Assembly (NCBI GenBank): GCA_025594325.1
Contig: JANHCV010000001.1
Span: 3,348,001-3,412,000 of the forward strand
From: Blastocladiella emersonii ATCC 22665
Lineage: Eukaryota; Fungi; Blastocladiomycota
Direction: 5' to 3'
Length of the DNA: 64,000 bases
Within the stretch, counting starts at the first letter, position 1, and each line of letters opens with the position of its first letter. Below are positions 43,240 through 55,018 of this stretch, one piece after another. The notes under the pieces were generated by a model that was not told the origin of the DNA, did no database searches, and worked only from the letters and a program-made list of their open reading frames with translations. Both the position numbers and the translations under genes were made by a program.

Positions 43240-45999
43240 TCAGTCGCGCTTCTTGCCCTCGTCCTGGTCCTCGGCGACCGACTTGAGCACCTCGTTCGCG
43301 ACGAAATGGGCAATGTCGAGGTCGGTCCAGTACGCCATGTGGATGCTGAGCGAGCTGAGGTACGGGTTCTCGAGGACGCCCTCCTGGAGCGCGTAGTCGA
43401 CGCGGGCGTGCCGCTTGTTGAGGACCGAGACGCCGTCGCGCAGGTCGCGCTCAGCCGCGCGGAGCTGGCGGCGCTCGGCGCGGGACATCTTGGCCTTTTT
43501 CGCCGGGTCCATGTTCTTGAGCGACCGCGCCGCGGCAGCGGGGTTCGCGGCGATCTCCTCGGTCGACCCGGCCGCGGACCCCGCGCCGCTGCCGCCGCCG
43601 CCGAACATGGACGAGAAGAAGTTGGACGACGACTTGAAGACGTCGAGCGCGCGCGCCGTGGCGTTATCGAGCGACTGCTTGACGGCGGTCAGCCCGCCCT
43701 TGTGGTACGGGACACGGAACGGCTGCTCGTCGACGAGCGCGCGCGTGATGAGCGGCTCGATGCGCACCGCGACCGGGTCGTAGTTGGAGAAGATGTTGTA
43801 CAGGTTGCGGCATCGCGGCCGGATCACGGTGCGCCGCCGCGTCTGGTCCGTCGACGCGCCGCCCGGGTGCTGGTCCGTCAGCGCCCGCAGCCGCTCGCCC
43901 TGCAGCAGCATGAAGTACCCGATCGGCGACCCGACGCTGAAGAACGAGTCGACGGCGAAATCGAGCGGCGGGAGCGGCGTGTGCACGAGGTCGGGCTTGC
44001 GGTGGTGGCCGTGCCCGTGCCCGTGACCGTGGCCGGACGCTTGGCTCGCCGCGACGGCGGCGTGCGACTTGGGCGCGGACGGCGTGGTGCGGGTGAGGGA
44101 AAGGAACGCGGCGGCCGCGTCGCCGACGAGCAGCGACTGGTACGCGGCAAAGTGGGGCACCGTCGCGTCCGCACGCATCCGGCCCTCGATCCCCTCGTCC
44201 GAGGCGCGCGGCGGGACGGGCGGCGGGATCGTCGCCAAAATCTCGAGCGAGATGATGGATCCGAGAGAGTGGCCAAAGATGCTGACGCGGCCCGTAAAGT
44301 CGGGGTGGCGCGCACGGAACAGGCGGTACACGCGGTTCATCTCGCGCGTCACGGCGTGCGTGATCTCGGCGCGGTACCGCGGCGTCATGTACAGCAGCAC
44401 GTCCAGGACCACGTCCGACACGAGCGTGCGGATGGCGGGGACGCCGGGCAGCGTCAGCTCGTCGAGCGACGGGAGCTTGGTGCGGTGGTCGCCCTTGCGC
44501 GCGGTCGCGGCGCTCGCCATGGCGTCGATGGCCGACGACGACGTCGACGCGGGCGAGTGCGGCGGCGGCTGGGCGTCGTCGCCGTGCTCGGCGGCCTCGG
44601 TGTCGCTGACGTCTGACCCCGAGTCCGACCAGTCCGACTCGGACTCGACGGCCTGCGCCTCAGTCGCGAACTGGATCGACTGGCGCCAGTGGATGGGCAG
44701 GAGGTAGACGTGCTTGTCGCTGAGCGCCGGGTGGAGGCCGACGGCCTGGGTGACGCCCTTGCGCAGCTCGTTAACGTCGGTCACGAAATTGACGGCCTCC
44801 ATCTTCTCGGACAGCTTGGCGCCGATGCCGTGCACGACGAGGATCAGGTGGTCAAACGACGGCTGCGCGGGCGGGTCGGCGTACTCGGCGGGCGGGTACT
44901 CCTCGGCGCGCGCGGCGGCAGCGGCAGCCAGCTCGGCCTCGGCGGCGGCCTGGGCGAGCTCAGCCTTGGTCGCGCTGCGCGCCTTGGCCTTGGCGACGGC
45001 ATCCGCGACGGCGGCCTTGGCGGACTCGGCGAGGGCGAGCTCGCGCTCCTTGACGACGTGCGGCAGGTTCTCGTAGCCGCGGATCAGCCACAGGCCCATG
45101 GCGGTCTGGGGCGCGCCGACGGCGGACAGGACGGAGAGCTGCAGCTTGGCAACGGTCGAGTCCTCGCGCAGCGACGCCGAGTGGTCGTCGAGGTACACGG
45201 CGAACTTGGAGAGGTACGGGCCGAACAGCGGCTGGCGGTGCTCGGGGATCTTGAACTTGGACGACGCGGCCGGCGGCGCCGTGGCACCGGCGGTCGTAGG
45301 CGGCGGCGAGCTCGGTGCGGCCGCGGCGGCATCGCCCTCAGCAGCAGCAGCGGCCGACCCACCCTGGACCTTGTACTGCCAGGGGCGCACGCGCTGATAC
45401 CCGTCCTCGACCTGGCGGTTGAGCGCGGCGTCGACGGGGATCCACTTGCCGCCGAGCCCCGTGGGCGCGAACCAGAGGGCGCGGCGGACCTCGACGACGG
45501 GGCCGGGCCAATACAGCGGGTACCGGACCATGGCGTCGACGTCGACCTCGAACAGCTGCTCGTCACCGAGCATGACGGTGGTGGCGAACGGCGGCGCGGG
45601 CGGTAACGGGATCGCCCCCGCAGCGCTCGAGTTGCGGCGGCGGTGCAGGGCCTCGGCCGAGGGTGACGCGCCCGGGTTCGCGGGCACGGGCGGCAGGGGT
45701 TCGGGGGCGAGCGACTCGGCGCTGCGCTGGACGAGCGAGCCCAGGCCCTGCTCCTCGCGCCAGTCGCGCAGCTTGGCGTACATGCGCTCGAGGCGCGCGG
45801 CATCGGCGTCGTCGAAGCGCTCGAAGACGAGCGGTTTCGCGGCGGCAATCGATGCGGGCGTCGCGGCGGCCGGGTCGTTGGCCAGCGTCTTGATGGGGTC
45901 ATACTTGGGCACGTCCGTCGCGTAGTACCAGCACGGGCGCGCGACGGGCGCGGGCGACGGCGTGGCGGCCGGCGAGGGGTCCGCGGCACTCGATTTCAT
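43240..45999 (-). CDS. DDHD-domain phospholipase A1 (DDHD1/SEC23IP/Ddl1-like), intronless
   Basis: WYYATD, PLYWPGPVVEVRRALWF, HLILVVHGIG, LPIHWR, GHSLG nucleophile motif, FFSVGSPIG, NIFSNYDPVA, RVDYALQE, HMAYW. Start set at 45999 from leader context. Confidence 0.9.
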   Translation of the reverse strand: MKSSAADPSPAATPSPAPVARPCWYYATDVPKYDPIKTLANDPAAATPASIAAAKPLVFERFDDADAARLERMYAKLRDWREEQGLGSLVQRSAESLAPEPLPPVPANPGASPSAEALHRRRNSSAAGAIPLPPAPPFATTVMLGDEQLFEVDVDAMVRYPLYWPGPVVEVRRALWFAPTGLGGKWIPVDAALNRQVEDGYQRVRPWQYKVQGGSAAAAAEGDAAAAAPSSPPPTTAGATAPPAASSKFKIPEHRQPLFGPYLSKFAVYLDDHSASLREDSTVAKLQLSVLSAVGAPQTAMGLWLIRGYENLPHVVKERELALAESAKAAVADAVAKAKARSATKAELAQAAAEAELAAAAAARAEEYPPAEYADPPAQPSFDHLILVVHGIGAKLSEKMEAVNFVTDVNELRKGVTQAVGLHPALSDKHVYLLPIHWRQSIQFATEAQAVESESDWSDSGSDVSDTEAAEHGDDAQPPPHSPASTSSSAIDAMASAATARKGDHRTKLPSLDELTLPGVPAIRTLVSDVVLDVLLYMTPRYRAEITHAVTREMNRVYRLFRARHPDFTGRVSIFGHSLGSIISLEILATIPPPVPPRASDEGIEGRMRADATVPHFAAYQSLLVGDAAAAFLSLTRTTPSAPKSHAAVAASQASGHGHGHGHGHHRKPDLVHTPLPPLDFAVDSFFSVGSPIGYFMLLQGERLRALTDQHPGGASTDQTRRRTVIRPRCRNLYNIFSNYDPVAVRIEPLITRALVDEQPFRVPYHKGGLTAVKQSLDNATARALDVFKSSSNFFSSMFGGGGSGAGSAAGSTEEIAANPAAAARSLKNMDPAKKAKMSRAERRQLRAAERDLRDGVSVLNKRHARVDYALQEGVLENPYLSSLSIHMAYWTDLDIAHFVANEVLKSVAEDQDEGKKRD

Positions 46000-46016
46000 T
46001 GGTGATCGATGATGAT

Positions 46017-46026
46017 GATACGTTGC
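46017..46026 (-). promoter_or_regulatory. Leader motif GCAACGTATC, 17 nt upstream of the DDHD ATG
   Basis: Seen directly. Confidence 0.5.
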
Positions 46027-46282
46027 AAAGGTGGCGAGGGGAGAGGAGAGGAGAGAGAGAAGTGGGGCGGCGGCTGCCACGTCGACAGGTCCGTCGCCCC
46101 CACGCGTCGACACGCGCGTGGAAAGCACGAGACCACGTTGCAGGGTGGCGTTCGCCAGGCAGCTCGCCGCCGCGAAGCTTTTCTGACTTGGCGCGCAAGA
46201 ACGCCGCGCTCTCCCCGCCGCGCGCTGCGCCTTCATGGAACTCTCGACGCACACGTAATCAGCCAACCTCATCAACGACATC

Positions 46283-49200
46283 ATGTCCACCTTCAGCGCT
46301 GCCACGCTGCCGCCCGGCAGTGGCGCCGCCGGCGGCAGCAGCGGCGGCAGCACGCACCACAGCGTGCTCGGGTCGGGCACCACGACGACGGTGCACGTCA
46401 ACGACGCGGTGCAGTCGTACCGCCTCATGGAGGCCATGCGCCACGGCGACGTGGACGGTCTCGCCGCACTCGCTGCCGCCGCGGGCTCGCCGATCCCGAC
46501 GCTGCCCGCCGACCTGGCCGCCAAGTTCGGCTCGGTGCTGCACCTCGCCATCGCGCTGGCGCCCGTGCGCGTCGCCGAGTGGCTGCTGAATCACGCCGCG
46601 GTGCCCGCCGACCTCGCCAACGCCGCGCACCCGCAGACGGGCGAGACGCCGCTGCACGTGGCGGTGCGGTCGCACCGGCGCGACCTGATCGACGTGCTGC
46701 TCGCCGTGCCCGGCATCAACGACGGCGCGCGCGACGCCGCCGGCCGCCGCCCCATGGACGTGGCGCCGTCCGAGGAGGTGCGCCAGGTGCTCGCCGACCA
46801 CCAGGCCGCGTTTGTCCCGCAGGCGACCGCCCGCATGCACGCGCTCGCCGAGGCCGGCGACTTTGCCGGCCTGCAGGCGCTGTTCGGCGACGCGCGTACC
46901 GCCGCCCTCGTCGACATCAACCACCGCAACCCCGCCACGGGCAACACGGTCCTGCACGAGGCTGCGCGCCTCGGCAACGAGCCCATGGCCCGCTGGTGCC
47001 TCACGGTGCGCTCGGCCGACCCGTTCGTGCGAGACCGCAAGGGAAAGTACTTTTACGAGGTCACCAAGAACGACGACATCAAGGCCCTGTTCAAGCGGTC
47101 CATCTCGGCCGCATCGCCCATGACCGTCGCCCCCGACCAGATGCCGCACATGCAGGGTATCCTCTGCAAGTGGACCAACTACGGTACTATCTCTACTCGT
47201 TCGCGCCGCTCGCGATCCGCTCCCTGCTAACACCCTCGGTCCGCCCACAGCGTCCGGCTACAAGGCCCGCTGGTTCGTCCTCGACCAGGGCATCCTGTCC
47301 TACTACAAGCACCAGGACGACGTGCCCAACTCGTGCCGCGGGTCCATCCACCTCAAGATCGCCACCCTGTGGATCGACTCGTCGGACCGCCACCGCTTCG
47401 ACATCATCGGCAAGGGCTCGGTCCGCTACCACCTGCGCGCCGACCACGTCGCTGAGACAATGCGCTGGATCCACGCCATCCGCCAGACCAAGCTCTCGCT
47501 CAACGATGCCGACCGCCAGCGTCGCGCCGCTGCTGCTGCCGCCGCTTCTTCTTCGACGCCCGCCCTCCCCGCTGGCTCGTCGCAGGACCTCGCCGCGTCG
47601 TCGTCGGGCCAGCTGCCCGAGGATCCCGCGGGCGCCGCCGAGCCCGGGATGCCGCTCAACACGCCGCTCATCGACTCGCGCGCGGCCCTCGCCGACCCGA
47701 ACGCGCTGCCGCCGCTCGGCCAGCGCCGCGCCAGCGTCGGCTCGCTTTTGGGGGATGCCGACCAGGAGGACGCCGACGACGACGCGGCCAACGGTTCGGC
47801 CGCAGCTTCCGTCCCGCACCCGACCAAGCTCGCCATGTCCGTGAACGCGATCCGCATGCAGCTCGAGATGCAGGCGCACCTGGTCGCGGGCATTGTGCCC
47901 GGCACCGTCCCGGACCCGCAGGTCGCGTCGACGCTGCGCCTCGTGACGGCCACCGTCGCGAGCCTCATGGACGAGATCGTGCGCATGACCGAGGACCGCG
48001 AGGCGTACTGGCGCCGCCGGTGCGACGCCGAGCAGACCCGCAAGACCGCGTTCGAGACGGCGCTCGCCAACCTCGCCCAGGAGTACCAGGTCGTCGAGTC
48101 CGAGGCCCGCACTATGGCCGACACGCTCCGCCGACAGCACAAGCTCAAGGTCCAGGCCGCCGGCGGGTCCGCGGGGCGCCGCTCGCCCGCAGCGCCCGCG
48201 CCCGCGCTCATCGACTTCCCCACCACGACGGCCGCGTCGCAGGCTGAGCAGGCGCCGGTGCAGCAGCAGCAGGTGCTCGACCCCGCCCAGCTCGCCGCCG
48301 TCGCGCCCACGGACCAGACGGCCACTCCGACCTTCACTCCCGCCGCCGCCGCCGCCGTCGAGCTCGCGCCCGCCCTCACCGAGCCCGAGCGTCTGGTTGC
48401 GTCGTGGATCGGCGCCGACGAGGACACGGACGAGGACGACGATGACGACGACGAGTTCTTTGACGCGATCGGCGACGAGGAGGCCGAGGAGACGACCAAG
48501 TCGTCTGGGTCGACGTCGCTGATGGCGACGTCGGCGCGCGGGTACGAGACGCCCACGTACTCGTTCAGCGCCAACATGCGCACCGCGCTGCCCGTGGACC
48601 ACGCGCTGATCAAGTCGGAGGTGAGCCTGTGGTCGGTGCTCAAGAACGCGGTGGGCAAGGACCTGACGCGCATCACGCTGCCCGTGCACTTCAACGAGCC
48701 CGTGTCGATGCTGCAGCGGCTGTGCGAGGAGGTGGACTACGCGCCGCTGCTCGACATGGCGTGGAAGCGCGAGCGGTCCGACGAGCGGCTGCTGCTGGTC
48801 GCGGCGTTCGCCATGTCCGGGTACGCGTCGACGGTCGACCGCGTCGGCAAGCCCTTCAACCCGCTGCTCGGCGAGACGTTCGAGTACGTGCGGGCGGACC
48901 GCGGGTACCGGTACGTGGCCGAGCAGGTCAGCCACCACCCGCCCATCAGCGCGTGCCACTGCGAGTCGGAGCACTGGGAGTTCTACGAGGAGGTTTTCGC
49001 CAAGAACTCGTTCTGGGGCCGGTCGTTTGAGATCCAGCCGCAGGGCGTGTGCCACGTCAAGATCAAGCGCGACGACGGCGTCGAGCACTACAGCTGGCGC
49101 AAGGTGACGACGTCGGTGCACAACCTGATTGTCGGCACGCTGTACATTGACCACCACGGCGACCTCGAGGTGACCAACCACACGACGCGCGAGAAGCTCG

Positions 49201-49826
49201 TGCTCACCTTCAAGCCGACCGGGTGGCGCAACCGCGACCGGTGCGCCGTCGAGGGCAAGCTGTTCGACGCGCGCGGCACCGCGACGTGGTCGCTGCACGG
49301 GACCTGGGACGACAAGCTGGTCGCCAAGCCTCTGGCCAAGGACGCGCGCGCCTTTTCGCTGTCGGCGGGCGGCGCCAATGGTGGTGGCGACGACGCGGCG
49401 AGCGTGGCCAACGGCAAGAACGGCGGCAACTCGCGCGGCAACTCGGTGACGCTGTGGAAGCGGCACCCGTGCGTGCTGACCGAGTCCAACTTCCACCTGA
49501 CGCCGTTCGCCATCTCGCTCAACGAGCTGCCGGCGACGCTCAAGCCGGTGCTGTGCCCGACGGACGCGCGGCTGCGGCCGGACCAGCGGGCCATGGAGGA
49601 GGGCCGGTACGACGACGCGGCGACCGAGAAGAACCGGCTCGAGGAGAAGCAGCGCGCGGCCCGCCGCACGCGCGAGGCGCAGGGGCTCGGGCACGCGCCG
49701 CACGTCCCCAAGTGGTTCACGGTCGACCACGACGCCGACTCGGGCGAGCGGTACTGGCGGTTCACGGGCGAGTACTGGGCCGCGCGCGACCGCGGCGACT
49801 GGGCCGGCGTGCCCGACATTTACTGA
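46283..49826 (+). CDS. OSH1: Oxysterol-binding protein Osh1/Swh1-like (ankyrin-PH-FFAT-ORD); 1 intron
   Basis: Ankyrin repeats (GETPLHVA, GNTVLHEAA), PH domain (GILCKWTNY|...YKARWFVL), FFAT DDDDEFFDA, ORD KDLTRITLPVHFNEP, KPFNPLLGETFE, EQVSHHPP, PTDARLRPD. Confidence 0.93.
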
Positions 49827-50832
49827 CGCGTTGTGGGGGATGTTGGTGCAGCTAGTTTTCACATGTAACGAGTATGACGTCGCCCAATCTCGCGTATCGC
49901 GACGGCGATGGAAGCGCTAATCTTTTCATCGCGCGGGGGTGGCATGACCCGACCCAGCCTGCGTTCATGAGCGGGGAGGAGCAACGGCAAGCATGCGGTG
50001 AAACGCGTCCAGCGACGCGGTCACGCGTGTCTCGCACCGGGCTGCGCCACCAGCTGACCGGGCGATAGGGCTCCGATAGCGCCGTGCGGGGCGCGGAACA
50101 AACCGGGATGGCGTGCGTCCGCTGCCGCTGCCGCTGCTGCCGCTGCTGCTGCTGAGGCCCGCGCGCTCGGTGATCGATTCTCTTAAACCTCGCTGCCCCC
50201 GACGATGGCCTGCTCCCTTCACAACCCTGCCGACTCGACGGCCACGACGACGACCGACGACAGTCTCACACCCCGCTTGCTGGACGCAGCAGTTTCACGC
50301 CTCCAGCCACCTCCGCCTCGCTCGTCTCCGCCACCGACCAACCGACGCCGACCAACCGACCTGCTCTTCCCAATACCGCACCGGTTTTCCCACGCTCATA
50401 CTGTATCTCTGCCGTCTGATTGGTTTCCTGCACCGAACCCCTCAGAGACACCGCCACCCACCACCGTACGTGTGGCTTCTATTTCCGCCGGTCCGCGTCA
50501 CCGCGCCGAGGTCCCCACACTCACCGCTCACGCCGCTGCCGTCGTCATCGATGGGCGGCGGCGGGGGCGCGGCGGAGGCGGTGCGCGCGCGCCAAGGTGG
50601 GGATCGCGGCGGACGGCGGCGTCGCCCAGTCTGTCCCGTCCCGGACTACAAGTACTGACCGTTCCCGCCCGTTCTTTTCTCTCCATTGCCGACGACGACG
50701 ACGACCCACCTTGCACTCGACTCGCATACACTCAAACCTTCCGCTCCGCTCCATGGCGAACAGTCTCGCCGCCGCCCTCGCATCCACCACCCGTCCTCCG
50801 ACACCGCATGCTCGCCTGCTGTATCCCATTGC

Positions 50833-52787
50833 ACTCCATCATCTCCTCCACCATGGCACTCCCCTCGACCCCGTCCTCCGCCCCCGCAACCACGGCCGCG
50901 CCCGCTCTCCCGACCACGGCGACCGTCGCGCCCGCGCCTGCGAGTAAACCAACACCATCATCGCCGGCTGCCGACGACGCCGACGACAAGGATACCCCGG
51001 TGCCGCTGCCGGCCAACCACCTGCTGGTCCGCGCGGCGCACCAGAAGTTTGTCGTCGACCTGGCCTCGCGCTTCGAGGTGCGTCTTTTACTTTTCACGCT
51101 GTGGCCATGGCCCGCGTGATCGCCGTGGTGATCCGATAGCTGACGGGGGCTTGGCTCCACTCGCGTGAGTTAGACGGCGAGCTCGGTCATCTACCGCGGC
51201 CACACGCTGCCCGCGCGCGAACCCGTCCTCGTCAAGCTGTCGCTCGCCTCGCTCGCCGACGTGGCCGCCTCGCTGCCCGCCGACGACCCGGCCAAGGCCC
51301 TGTTCGATGCCGCCGTCGCCGCCGCCGTGCCACCACGACCCGCGTCGCCCTTCGCCGGTGGCAGCCCGCCTCCCCACGGCGCGGCACCGGGCAACGGTGA
51401 CGACGAGCCCGACAACGGGTGCCAGCACGAGGCGCGCGTGCACACGGCGCTGTACGACTACCACGCGTCGCACGCGACCATGGACAAGCTGGCCACGGTG
51501 GTGCTGGCGCGCGCGACGCTGGCCGACGGCCACGCCCTCGTGCTGCCGCTGCACCGCCCGCTGCAGCCCGACACGCGCATCCCGAAGCTGCCGCTGCTCG
51601 AGCTCGTGAACATGGCCCACGACGTGACCTCGGGGCTCGCCGCCGTCCACGACGCCGGCTTTGTCCACGGCGACGTGTCCGTGTCCAACCTCGTCGTCCA
51701 CTGCACCGCGTGCGCCGCCGGCGACTGCGAGGACTCGGCGTCGTGCGCGCACGTGCGGTCCAAACCGGATGCGGCCGACGCGCCGCGCGACCGCCGATAC
51801 TGCCTCATCGACTTTGGCCTGTGCCAGCGCCTCGAGGACACATCGACCACGCCGCTGTGCTGCGGCACCCCCGGGTTCGTCGCCCCCGAGATCGTCGCCC
51901 TGCAGCAGCTCGAGGCCCAGCGGTCCGACGGCCTCCGCGAGGACGTGGTCGCCCGCTGGTCGCTGCCCTCGCCCGCGCTGCGCCCGCACACGCTCGGGAT
52001 CCCCGTGCCGTCGATCCCGGGCGCCGGCGCCGCCGGCTACTCGTACGCGAGCAGCACGGGCAGCGGGTACGACTCCGAGTGCGGCGCCTCGAGCCTCGCG
52101 TCGTCGCCCGACAGCGACCGGTCCGGCTACCTGTCGTCGACGGGCGACAGCGGGTGGTCGTCGCCCAACCCCGCGGCCGCGGCCAACCCGCACCGCGCCC
52201 TGCGCCGCCGGCTCGGCGCCGCGCGCGACCTGTACAGCTTCGGCGTCATCTTCGGCCTGCTCCTCTCGCCCTACCTCCCGCTGTGCGACGCCGACCACCT
52301 CGGCAGCCCGCGCACCACCCCGGACTACATCCGCGCCCACATCACCCCGCGCCTGCGCGCGCTCCGCGCCGTGCTCGCCGACGAGCTGTACGGCCGCGCG
52401 CGCATCCTCGAGGACGCCATCGACGTGCTCCTCAAGTGCCTCGCCCACGCGCCGCGCGCGCGGCCGACGGCCCGCAAGCTCCTGCGCCACCGCCTGTTCC
52501 GCTCGGCTGCTCCCGCGAAAACGGTGACGGACGAGGACGGCGCCGTCGCGCTGTTCCCCGTCGAGCTCCTCGCGGACCTCGAGTCGCACGACGCGTGGCA
52601 GGGGTCGGCGTGGTTCGGCCGCGTCCGCATGGCCATGGAGGACCGCCGCAACGAGTGGGAGTGCATGAGCTCCTGGGAGCTCGAGGCCGCGGACGCGGCG
52701 GCCGAGGCGGCCGAGGACCGCGACGAGGGCGGCGTCCCCGCCATCCACGTCGTCTCGTTCGCCATGTGCTGCGAGTCGAGCGCCTGA
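50833..52787 (+). CDS. Divergent protein kinase (non-RD, HGDVSxxN loop); 1 intron
   Basis: Exon 1 MALPSTP...ASRFE joins TASSVIYRGHTLPAREPVLVKL; HEARV, FVHGDVSVSN, LIDFG, CGTPGFVAPE, DLYSFGV, RARPTARKLL. The true start may lie further upstream. Confidence 0.75.
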
Positions 52788-52946
52788 AGAGGGGCGAAGG
52801 GTTTTGTTGATTGCCTGCCGTGTGTCCGCCGAGTTTGTTCCATCATCCATTTCCTCACCGAGTCTCGTGTTATTCCCTCCATCCTTGCTCCTCACAAAAA
52901 TATGATCTCTCTGCGTGTTTTGTCTATACATCCCATCGTCGTCCCA

Positions 52947-53738
52947 TCAGTCGAAGAGGTAGATCCGGCTCGCGACGTCGCCCACGACCCAGTCCATGCC
53001 GCGCAGAATGTTCATGCTCAGTACGTCCACGGCGTTGCCCGCCGCGTCGATGGCGCCGCCCAGGTCGCCTGTAACCGCCGAGCACGCGACAATCGACCAC
53101 CGGTGCGTCTTGATCTCGTCCAGCGCGAGCACCGACTGCAGCTCCTCGGCCGACACGGCGCCCGCCAGGTCCTGCTTGTTGGCGAACACGAGCAGCGACG
53201 CGCCTGCGAGGCGCTACACGGACGAAGGGTGAGGGTGGGAGGAAGGGGCGTGTAGTCGCGAGCACGTACCTCCTCCTGCAGCAGCGCGTGCAGCTCGGCG
53301 CGGCAGTCGTCGAGGCGGCGGCGGTCGGCCGAGTCGACGACCCACACGAGCGCGTCCGTCTGCTCAAAGTAGTTGCGCCAGTACGACCGGATGCTCTTCT
53401 GCCCGCCAATGTCCCAGATGTTGAGCTTGAACCTACACTCAACGAGTACGGATCAGAACGCCGTCCTGCTCTGCGACGCAGTCAACCGTACCCGTTGTGG
53501 TCCAGCGTCTTGATGTTGAACCCAAGCGTCGGCGCAATCTCGGAAATGTCCTCGCCGTTGATCCGCTTCAGGATCGTCGTCTTGCCCGCGTTGTCGAGCC
53601 CGCTATCAAGCGAGTGACACGGGGGTCAGCGAGCGTCGACGCGGGGGCGAGGGGGGCGCGCACGGCGGCATACAGCATGAGGATGCGGATCTCCTTTTCC
53701 TTTTGCCGCAGCTTCTTCAGGATGGTCAACAGGCCCAT
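52947..53738 (-). CDS. ARL2: Arf-like GTPase ARL2; 3 introns
   Basis: [22 protein letters not shown]|[13 protein letters not shown]...TLGFNIKTL...[24 protein letters not shown]...[10 protein letters not shown]...[16 protein letters not shown]. Confidence 0.93.
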
Positions 53739-53746
53739 TGCATTGA

Positions 53747-53756
53747 GTTTCGTTGC
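53747..53756 (-). promoter_or_regulatory. Leader motif variant GCAACGAAAC, 8 nt upstream of the ARL2 ATG
   Basis: Seen directly; one mismatch to the core. Confidence 0.35.
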
Positions 53757-53960
53757 GTTTCTGGTGGTATTGTCTCGAGGTGAAGCGGGACGAGGGAAGA
53801 GCGACGCGTCCAAGGCCGAGGCGGAGGCAAAGTGGCGCCGCACGATCCGCGGGCGTCATGTGAGAAGGATCAGGAAGTCCATCAAATTCGAGACGTATAA
53901 AACAAGTTGACGGGGTCATGTACATATGGGTGATAAGTAGAAGGTACCGTGGCGACGCGC

Positions 53961-54752
53961 TTAGACGTTGCCGAAGCGCTTACGGTTGTTGCGCTGCTGC
54001 TGGATCCCAGACTCGTCAGCATCGGCCGCCGCCGCGGCCTGGTTACGGCCGCCACGGTTTTGGCCGCGCCCGTTACCGTTGCCGGCACCCGCCGCGCGAC
54101 GAGCACCGTTGCCGTTCCCGTTCCCGGCGCCCGCAGCAGCACGACGACCCGCGGCACCGCCGCCACCCTGCTGCTGCTTGCGGCCACCGGCGCCAGCGCG
54201 GCCCTTCTTGCCGTTGAGGCTCGTGTTAGCCTCCTTGACGGCGTCGTTGACGAGTTCAGCGACATCGCCCGGGTTCTTGGACTGGCCGCCGTCCTCGCGC
54301 AGCGCGCGCGCAATCGCCTCCTGCTGCGCCTGCTGCTCGGCCGCCTCCTTGGCCTTCTTGGCATCCTCCTCGGCCTTCTTGGCCGCGTCCTTGGCCGCCT
54401 TGTTCTGGCCGGCGGCGCCGCCCGCACGCTTCCTGGCGCCGTTAGCGCGCTTCTTGCGGTTGCCCTGGCCCTTCTGGCCTATGGATCGCGAGAGGATGGT
54501 GGCGTTAGTGTCGGAGTTTGAGGAAGCTGGACGTGTCCCGTACCTCGCTGCTGCTGCGGCGCGCGCTTGAGGAGCATGGCCGACTCGTCGGCCATGGCCG
54601 GGCTCTTCCTGGCCACGGCGGCCGACGGGAGCGGGTTCGCGGCGACGAGGATGCCCGAGGAGGTGGCGGCGTCGCGGCTCACGAGCGCCGGGCCCGCGGC
54701 GATGGCGAGGAGGACGACGAGGGCCGCCACGACGAGCGAGTGGATGCGAGGC
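53961..54752 (-). CDS. Orphan secreted prepro-protein; Gly/Asn/Arg/Lys-rich with many dibasic sites; 1 intron
   Basis: Signal peptide MPRIHSLVVAALVVLLAIAAG; LLKR|APQQQR; an intron (GTACGG...CTAAC...TAG) joins in frame to GQKGQGNRKKRANGARKR...NNRKRFGNV*. Confidence 0.65.
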   Translation of the reverse strand, partial: ASHPLARRGGPRRPPRHRRGPGAREPRRRHLLGHPRRREPAPVGRRGQEEPGHGRRVGHAPQARAAAAARYGTRPASSNSDTNATILSRSIGQKGQGNRKKRANGARKRAGGAAGQNKAAKDAAKKAEEDAKKAKEAAEQQAQQEAIARALREDGGQSKNPGDVAELVNDAVKEANTSLNGKKGRAGAGGRKQQQGGGGAAGRRAAAGAGNGNGNGARRAAGAGNGNGRGQNRGGRNQAAAAADADESGIQQQRNNRKRFGNV

Positions 54753-55018
54753 ATGGTTGGTGCGTGTGTTGTGTGTGTATGGTACAGGGTTTTCTTCGTG
54801 ATCCAGCACGATGGTCTAACCGGACACGCGGGAGGGAGGGAACACGTTAAGTATGCGCGGCACCGGTAAGCTTGTGTAAGCCACCACAGCCACGCTGCGC
54901 TGCGCCATCACGACGTCCATGGCTCCGGCCAACCAGCGCGGCGGAGGCTGGTGCCCTCTTTCAGTCCGCCTGTGCGCAGCGCGACATCGCAGTGGCGCAA
55001 CGGAGCCTGACGCTGTAT

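Noticed and set aside
50205-50832. In-frame upstream extension (MACSLHNPADS...) of the kinase
   Set aside because: Pyrimidine-rich with an intron-like donor near 50467; more likely 5'UTR. Cannot be resolved without RNA data.
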